From Prorocentrum cordatum (lineage: Eukaryota), in NCBI GenBank assembly GCA_963575745.1, contig CAUYUJ010000188.1, positions 62,001-117,046 of the forward strand: DNA of 55,046 nt, given 5' to 3'. Position numbers and translations under genes: made by a program. Shown here piece by piece: positions 48,090-55,046 of the stretch. The notes beneath the pieces were generated by a model that was given only the letters and a program-made list of their open reading frames with translations, made no database searches and had not been told where the DNA came from. How positions within the stretch are numbered: the first letter of the stretch is position 1; each line of letters begins with the position of its first letter.

Positions 48090-48397
48090 CTCGAGAACCT
48101 CTGAGATCTGGGGGCTCTGGAGGGCGTCTCGGGCGCCGCGGCCTTCTCAGAGCGTTCCGGATCCGAGAGCGTTCCGGAACGCCCTGGAACGGATTTTCCT
48201 CGTCCCAGCCCCTCCTCCTCCTCCTCCTCCTCCTCCTCCTACTCCTCCTCATCATCATCATCTTCCTCCTCCTCCTCCTCCGCCGCCTCCTCTTCCTCTT
48301 CCTCTTCCTCTTCCTCCTCCTCCTCCTCCTCCTCCTCCTCCTCCTCCTCCTCCTCCTCCTCCTAAGGCTCCGAGGTGAATGTAAGGCAAGCTTCTAC

Positions 48398-49402
48398 AAT
48401 CCGCCGACACTGTCGGCATGTGTGAAGGGCTTTTCCGTTCGAGTCGGCCTTTACCGTTGGAGTCGTCGTCTCCGGCCTCCTCTGTTCCATTTGCCTGGGC
48501 CCTCTTCCTCATACGCGCCGTCCAAAGCAAATTGGAACAACACAGGAGTTGAATCGAAAGGAAAGCCCCTTCCCTTTGACCCCGCGACGGGGGGGGGTCC
48601 CGTGGGGGTCACGGGGGGTCCAAAGGGATTCGCCACCCAGATACGCTTTCCCCCCCTGGGGGTCACAGGCTTGCAAAAAACACAAACACAAGCCAAGAGT
48701 GCCCCAAGAGGCCCCCGAGACGGTCAAAGAGGGCCCCCCATCGCCAAACGGTCGGTCCAGAACGCCTTCGCGCCCTCCACTGCCCAGGAGACCTCCAAGA
48801 AGCCCTGAGAGGCCTCCAAAGGCACTCCCGAGAGGGCCCCAGGAGGCACAATGCACTGATGTCCCTTAGGTTTTTGAGAGATTTGGGCGTTCTCGCCTTT
48901 TCCGCTTCCCGCCTCTCCAAAGACGGCCGAAAATGCCTTCAAGCTCGCCCCGAGACGGCTCAAGAGGCTTCCGGAAGCGCACCAAAATATCCTTAGAGAA
49001 CAAGGCAGCCCAAAACACGTCTAAGTCGGCCCAAGAGGCCCCCAGGACGGCTCCAAGACGGGGTACCCGAACGGACATTTCGAGCCCTCGGCCCCGAGAA
49101 GCTCCCAGGAAGCCCCATGAGGTCCCCAAGAAGCCCAAAGAGGCCCACAACAGGCCCGCAGGACACCCGAAGAAGAGGCCCCCAAGACGCTCCCACGAGA
49201 CCCCCACGAGGCCCCCAAGAGACCCCAAAACTCCTCCCTAGAGGCTCCTGAGAGCTTTCCCAAGAGACCCCAACAAACGTCCCTGAGGACTCGGGCCCAC
49301 GGCAGCATCTTCGTCGTCGTCACCGCCGCCACCACCGCCGCCGTCGTCGTCGTCCCTCGTCCCCCTTCAGGGTCGGCGGCACCGGCCGTAAGGCCTTCGC
49401 AA
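48398..49402 (+). mobile_element. Helentron/HINE-like element, copy 2
   Basis: It has the same left end (AATCCGCCGACACTGTCGGCATGTGTGAAGGGCTTTTCCGTTCGAG) and right end (CAGGGTCGGCGGCACCGGCCGTAAGGCCTTCGCAA) as copy 1. It holds one diverged monomer of the 150-bp unit (~48548-48660) plus CCCAAGAGG-type low-complexity DNA. Confidence 0.65.
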
Positions 49403-49633
49403 GAAATGGCCCAGAATGCGTGGGCGCTCCTTTCGGGTGGCCGTCACCCCGAACGCAGTTTGAAGGCCGCCACCCGACTTTCCCAGCCAACCCTGCTGCT
49501 CAGTTCCTCAAAGACGGAACCGAGAGGCAGACCGAAGAGAGCGCAACTGCAGATCGGGTGTAACCCCAAGATGTTGGTTCAGGGTCGGGTCGGCCTAAAC
49601 TTGGCCTGACCTCGTAGCCTGTGATGGCTCCCC

Positions 49634-49701
<68 letters not shown>

Positions 49702-49704
49702 TTC

Positions 49705-49741
<37 letters not shown>

Positions 49742-49742
49742 G

Positions 49743-49790
<48 letters not shown>

Positions 49791-49859
49791 CACCACAATC
49801 ACCATCAGCATCGTCATTGTCATCATCATCGTCGGCCTCGCCAGCTTTACCATCATCAA

Positions 49860-49890
<31 letters not shown>

Positions 49891-50034
49891 GCCGTCGTCA
49901 TCATCATCAGCATCAACAGCATCAGCATCAGCATCAGCATCAGCATCAGCATCATCATCATCATCAGCAGCAGCATCATCATCATCATCAACAGCAGCAG
50001 CACCATCACCAGCACAGTCATCGCCGTGATCATT

Positions 50035-50092
<58 letters not shown>

Positions 50093-50265
50093 ACAACAAC
50101 AACAACATCAGCAGCAGCAGCAGCATCACCATCATCCTCAGCATCGCCATCATCATCCACATCTGCCTCCTCCCCATCAGCATCACCATAACCATCCGCA
50201 TCATCAACAATGGAATCATCACCATCATCCTCATCATCATCATTGACAAAAACAACATCATTATC
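49634..50265 (+). repeat. (CAT)n array
   Basis: Direct inspection. Confidence 0.95.
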
Positions 50266-53200
50266 AGTCCTTCCTTCCGTCCTTCCCATGGCTCCTCCTC
50301 ACGCAAATCGGGCTCGTCCCCAGACATCCAGCGATGTTGTTTTCCAGCCCGAGGGCCCACGAGGTCTCGACCCCCTCCCCCGTGGCACCGTTTCGCTGCG
50401 GACCCCTGTCGGATGGTGCTGGGAACCCTGAACCTTAACGTGCCCACACCTCACCGAATCCCCCCATGGCTCAAGCCACGAGCGGGTCCCCCTCTGGGGT
50501 CTCCCGCACTCGAGGGGGCCCCCGCACACGAGCCAGGCCACCCTTCCCCCGCGGGCAGTGCGGCAGCCGTCTTCCGCCGAACTCCCGCGGGCCTCCGCGG
50601 GCGGACTCGCGGCCCCTCCTGCCCGAGCTGGCTGCCGTCGGCCTCCCGCTGGCCTCCGCCAAAAGACGAGGCGCGCCGAAGGCGAGGCCCTTTCTGAAAC
50701 GATCCCCGGTGCACGTGCGCTGACACACACGTGTTCTGGAACCACGCGGGCGCTTCGCGGGCGCTCAGGTTCTGGCGCGCAGCGGCCCTCGACAGCAGCA
50801 CACCTGTGCATGTGCACAGACCTGCACGCGTAGATGTGCGGATGTGGAGCAGCAGGTGTGGCATCGTGTAGAAGGACATCTTCAGTTTTGCTTCCTCTGT
50901 ATCTGCTCCTCCTGCTCGCACAGGCTTTCTCATCGGCCGCAGCCGCGAGGAGGAGGAAGCTTGGGGAGGAGGTAGGGTCACAAACTTGCAAGGGGATAAC
51001 AGGAGTGTCGGGGGAGCACGAGGGAGGAGCAGAGGGATGAAAGAGAAGGGAGGTGGAGGGAGTGAGTGAAGAGGAGGCCAAGCCAATCGGGCCATCTGGG
51101 ATTGGAGTGCGGGGCGTATTGGGCCGCCTGGGCTGTCAAAAGCCCGACGCGCCAGTGGCTGAATTGTGGGGCAGAGCCGTTGGGGTCTGTTGGGGAGGCT
51201 CTGAAGAATCTGTCGGAGACAATTGTGAGGCCACTTGGGGCCTCTGAAAGGCTGGTTGAAGGCCTCGCGGGATCTCTTGTGGGCCTCTTGGAGCTTCTTG
51301 GGGGCTCATCGAAGCCCTCTGGTGGTCTCATGGGGCCTCCTGGGGCCTTTGGGGGCCCTCTTGGGGCAGAGGGCTTGAACATTCAGACCCTTGAGCCGTC
51401 TTGAGCACCGTCTCGGGGCTCTCTTGGGGGCCTCTTGGGCAATCTTCGACGCTATTAAAACCGACATAACGGATGTGCTGAAAATGTGTTCTGTTGTTTA
51501 ACCTCTTGAGGCATTCTTGGGGGGACGATTGGAGCTTTCTTGAGGCGTCTTGGGGGGTCTCCTGGGCCGTCTTGATGCCGTCTTGGAGCGCTCGTGGGCG
51601 GTTTCGGGGGCCTCTTGGCCCCTATTCGATCCCTCTTGGGGCTCTCTGTGGCCGCTTGGGGATGACTCTGGGCCGTCTTGGAGCCACGTGAATGAAGCCC
51701 TCCCAGGGTTAGGTCGGGCATGTCCGCCTACATGCAGATTTTGGGCGAAACAATCAAAAACAATCAAAAGTAGCAACAAAAAGTCAAAACATCGTCCCCA
51801 GACTATTGTTTTACCATTTTTGAATTTTCCTCCTGTAGAGGGATAGGCCCGACTTAATCCCAGGGCCCCCATGACACGGGCGTAAAGCGGATGTCCGGGC
51901 GGTGGGCCCGGGCACTGGGTACCCCGGCACAGCAAAGAACCCGTCGATAAGGAATACAGGGTCTGCAAGCCGGTGAAGCTCCGATCGTGGAGTGGCCATG
52001 GACATCACCACCGCATGCATCCATACCCTTGTGCTTTTCCTCAACGAACCCACCATGGGACTCTCGGAAAACAACTAGAGCAACTTTAGAATAACTTTAA
52101 ACGAATGCGTGCCGCAGATCCGAAGGTAAGGGTCTAAGAAACGTTTCAAGTAGGTCACGAAAACGCGAGTAACGTGACCGAAAGGCTTTCAGCAACGGAC
52201 TGCACACAGCGGTTTACAACGGGCCCGAAACCAAGCTGCGACGGCAGCGCCGAGCGCGCTGGATGCCCGACTCGCGCGGGCGCGGCAGAGCCGCCGCCCG
52301 CGCGGGGCCCAGGCCCTGCCCCCATGCCACGACGACCACGCGCGAACACAAGATGTCCCCCCAAAACAGTGCCCACCTGGCGCGAGGGACCCGCGCAGAG
52401 CAAGCACGGTACGTGTCCCACGCGACGGCCGTTGAGGCGTCGCTCGAGCAGCCGCCGCACGAGTTGGCCGCGCTGGCACTGTGGCGGGACTTGCCGCAGG
52501 CATCCGAACAAGGCAGTGCGGCGATGGCGGGGGCGATCGCGCCCGCGTCGCTGGGTCACCGCGTGTCGGGGGGAGGGGGGCGCGGTGGAGGGAGGGGGCA
52601 GGGGGGAGGGCCTGGCTGGGGAACGGGACAGAGTCTGACCCCGAGGACCTACGAGAGGACGGGGCAGCGAAGGACGGGGAGGCGGAATGCGCGGAGCAGC
52701 CTCCGCCGCGCCTTTCCCCCCTGGATGCCTTTCACTCCCAGCACAAGAGAACAACGATGCAAGCACATCTCGGTGCACGAACGCTCGAGGCCCGCCAGCG
52801 CCGCACACGCCATTGCCGTTGTAATCGTCCTCCTCCTCCTCCTCCTCCTCCTCCTCCTCCTCCTCCTCCTCCTCCTCTTCCTCCTCCTCTTCCGCAGCCT
52901 CCGTCGCACGCGCCCCCTTCCCCACACCTCCCCGATCCTGCAGCCACGTCCACCGTCCTCCCCGTCCCCCGCCTGTCCCCCCCCCCCCCCCCCACCCCCC
53001 CACCCCCCACACACACACACACACACACACAACACACACATACACACCACACACACACACCACACACACCACACACACACCTCGGTGCGTACTCCGCCGC
53101 CCGTGCCCCCCCCCCCATGCCGAATGCCCCGCCTCGCGCCCCCCCCCGTCGCACCCCAGCCCAACCGCCTCCATGCATCGCGCCCTCTTCCTCCTCGTCG

Positions 53201-54204
53201 TTTGGGTGTGTCCCCTTCGTCCCCTCTCCTCGCGCCACCGCCCCCGCCCGCCCTCCTCCGCGCCCACCGTCGTCCGCGCGAAGAGTTCGATCCCCGCCCG
53301 CCTCTCCATCGCCCCCACCGTCCGACCTCCTCCCTTCATATCCTAACATAGGCTGGGCACGGCCTCAGGGCTAGGGCCAGCTTCAGGCGCTGGAGCAAGA
53401 GCGGGTGCACACAGTTGGCCTCTTGCAGGCCTTGGGAGCGAAGCTCCAAGATCTCTGCCTTCGTTTTATCTCCTCCTGTCTGGCTATGTCCGCTGTCCTC
53501 CCCCCCCCCGCTGGCGGACGGACAGGGGGTCCTTGAGAAGCTCCTCGGCTCGCTGCAGGAGCTCCCCCCCCAGGCTGACCACGAGGTTGGTGGCGTCCCC
53601 GCACTCCTGTGCGGCGGTGGAGTGGCAGGGGAATTGGGGGTCCCAAAACGGTATGATGAAAGACCGCGCAGTGACCTCGGAATCCACAACGACCTCACCG
53701 CGCAGTCCGTCCTCAGGTGCCCGAGACATCCTCGGAGAACGACCCGAGTCCCAAAACCGTGCGGTCACCCCGAATCCCCACTAACTCACCACACGGTGTG
53801 GTCACCGGACCTGTTGGGGGCCCCCGACGGAAGGCGTGACGTCTCCGAAGTTTTCGGAAGACGCCCGAAGCATCTGAGGCCCAGGCTGTTTGTGTTACCA
53901 GCTGCTCCTCGTCGAGAGCATTCTGGGGACGCTGGAGTCGTCCAGAATGGTCGCTGGAGGCCCAAGGGGGGGGGAGGGGGAGAGAGGAGGGGGGAGGGAG
54001 GAGGGCGGAGGGGGGGAGGGGAGGGGGGGGGACAAGCTAGGTGCGCTCGCGTCATATCTGACGTCCTACCCCTCCCTCCCATCCCTTACCATGGCGCTGA
54101 TTTTCTCTATCCGCGGACGCGTGTCGTAGCGGACCTGTGGCTCCGCGCGCGCGTGCGTAACTAGTGGGTGGTGGTGCGCGTGCGTGCGTGCGTGCGTGTG
54201 TGCG

Positions 54205-54472
54205 TGGTTGTGGTGGTGGTGGTGGTGCTGGTGCTGGTGCTGGTGCTGGTGCTGGTGCTGGTGCTGGTGCTGGTGCTGGTGCTGGTGTTGGTGCTGGTGC
54301 TGGTGCTGGTGTTGGTGCTGGTGCTGGTGCTGGTGCTGGTGCTGGTGCTGGTGCTGGTGCTGGTGCTGGTGCTGGTGCTGGTGCTGGTGCTGGTGCTGGT
54401 GCTGGTGCTGGTGCTGGTGCTGGTGCTGGTGCTGGTGGTGTGGTGGTGGTGGTGGTGGTGGTGGTGGTGGTG
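54205..54472 (+). repeat. (GGTGCT)n/(GGT)n array
   Basis: Direct inspection. Confidence 0.95.
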
Positions 54473-54734
54473 CGGCGCGGTGGTGGCGGGCGGATGGGCG
54501 CGCGAGAAAGAGGCCCGCGCTGGGGCGAGAACGCCATCCTGAACGACGGAGGCCAAACACCGATCCGAAAATGAGGCCCACGCTGCAGCGGGAGCACGAT
54601 TCGGAACGATTCGGGAGCAGAAATGAGGCCGGCGCTCAGCGAGAGCAGCATTTTAGAACATGGTGGACCCACGAACCCGGAAAGGGATATAGACATGTGG
54701 AGCATGGACACGTTTTCACGATACCCAACTGGGC

Positions 54735-54880
54735 AACACCTCACGAAACATCCCACGAGACACTTCACGAAACATTCCACGAGACACCTCACGAAACATT
54801 CCACGAGACACCTCACGAAACATTCCACGAGACACCCCGCGAAACATTCCACGAGACACCCCACGAAACATTCCACGACG
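54735..54880 (+). repeat. 24-bp tandem repeat (CACCTCACGAAACATTCCACGAGA), about 6 copies
   Basis: Direct inspection. Confidence 0.9.
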
Positions 54881-54904
54881 ACAGGCAACCACTCAACCAA
54901 GGCG

Positions 54905-55046
54905 GTGTGGTCGTGCTGGGGAGTGGTCGTGCTGGGGTGTGGTCGTGCTGGGGTGTGGTCGTGCTGGGTGTGGTCGTGCTGGGGAGTGGTCGTGCTGGGG
55001 TGTGGTCGTGCTGGGGTGTGGTCGTGCTGGGGGGTGGTCGTGCTGG
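54905..55046 (+). repeat. ~16-bp tandem repeat (GTGGTCGTGCTGGGG(T/A)), runs off the window end
   Basis: Direct inspection. Confidence 0.9.

Noticed and set aside
50466..50475. TGGCTCAAG (SL 3' end); similar GGCTCAAG cores at ~48957 and ~51390
   Set aside because: Only 8-9 nt match with no 5' half, and two of them lie in CCCAAGAGG-type low-complexity repeats.

Overview
This is GC-rich, microsatellite-dense eukaryotic nuclear DNA, almost certainly from a dinoflagellate. The assignment rests on relict copies of the dinoflagellate spliced leader (DinoSL, DCCGTAGCCATTTTGGCTCAAG) and on GA-AG and GC-AG intron boundaries. Most ORFs in the track are artefacts of simple repeats. One conserved host gene is clear: 26S proteasome lid subunit RPN5/PSMD12 on the minus strand. 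It has a 1329-nt exon (43808-42480), a 3720-nt GA-AG intron packed with MITEs and a ~103-bp tandem array, and a 48-nt last exon (38759-38712) that the ORF track misses. The 11.6-22.1 kb block holds a perfect 60-bp palindrome, a decayed hAT-like transposase and three unknown genes, each preceded by a genomic DinoSL relict. Two insertions in that block look like transposon-derived introns (Introner-like) whose removal restores the reading frame. Also present are a decayed LINE (28.9-33.7 kb), a 4-kb intronless mucin-like/KOW ORF, two Helentron-like elements (one with a ~150-bp internal array), several MITE families and one 100-N assembly gap. All family assignments come from reading motifs by eye; no database search was run.
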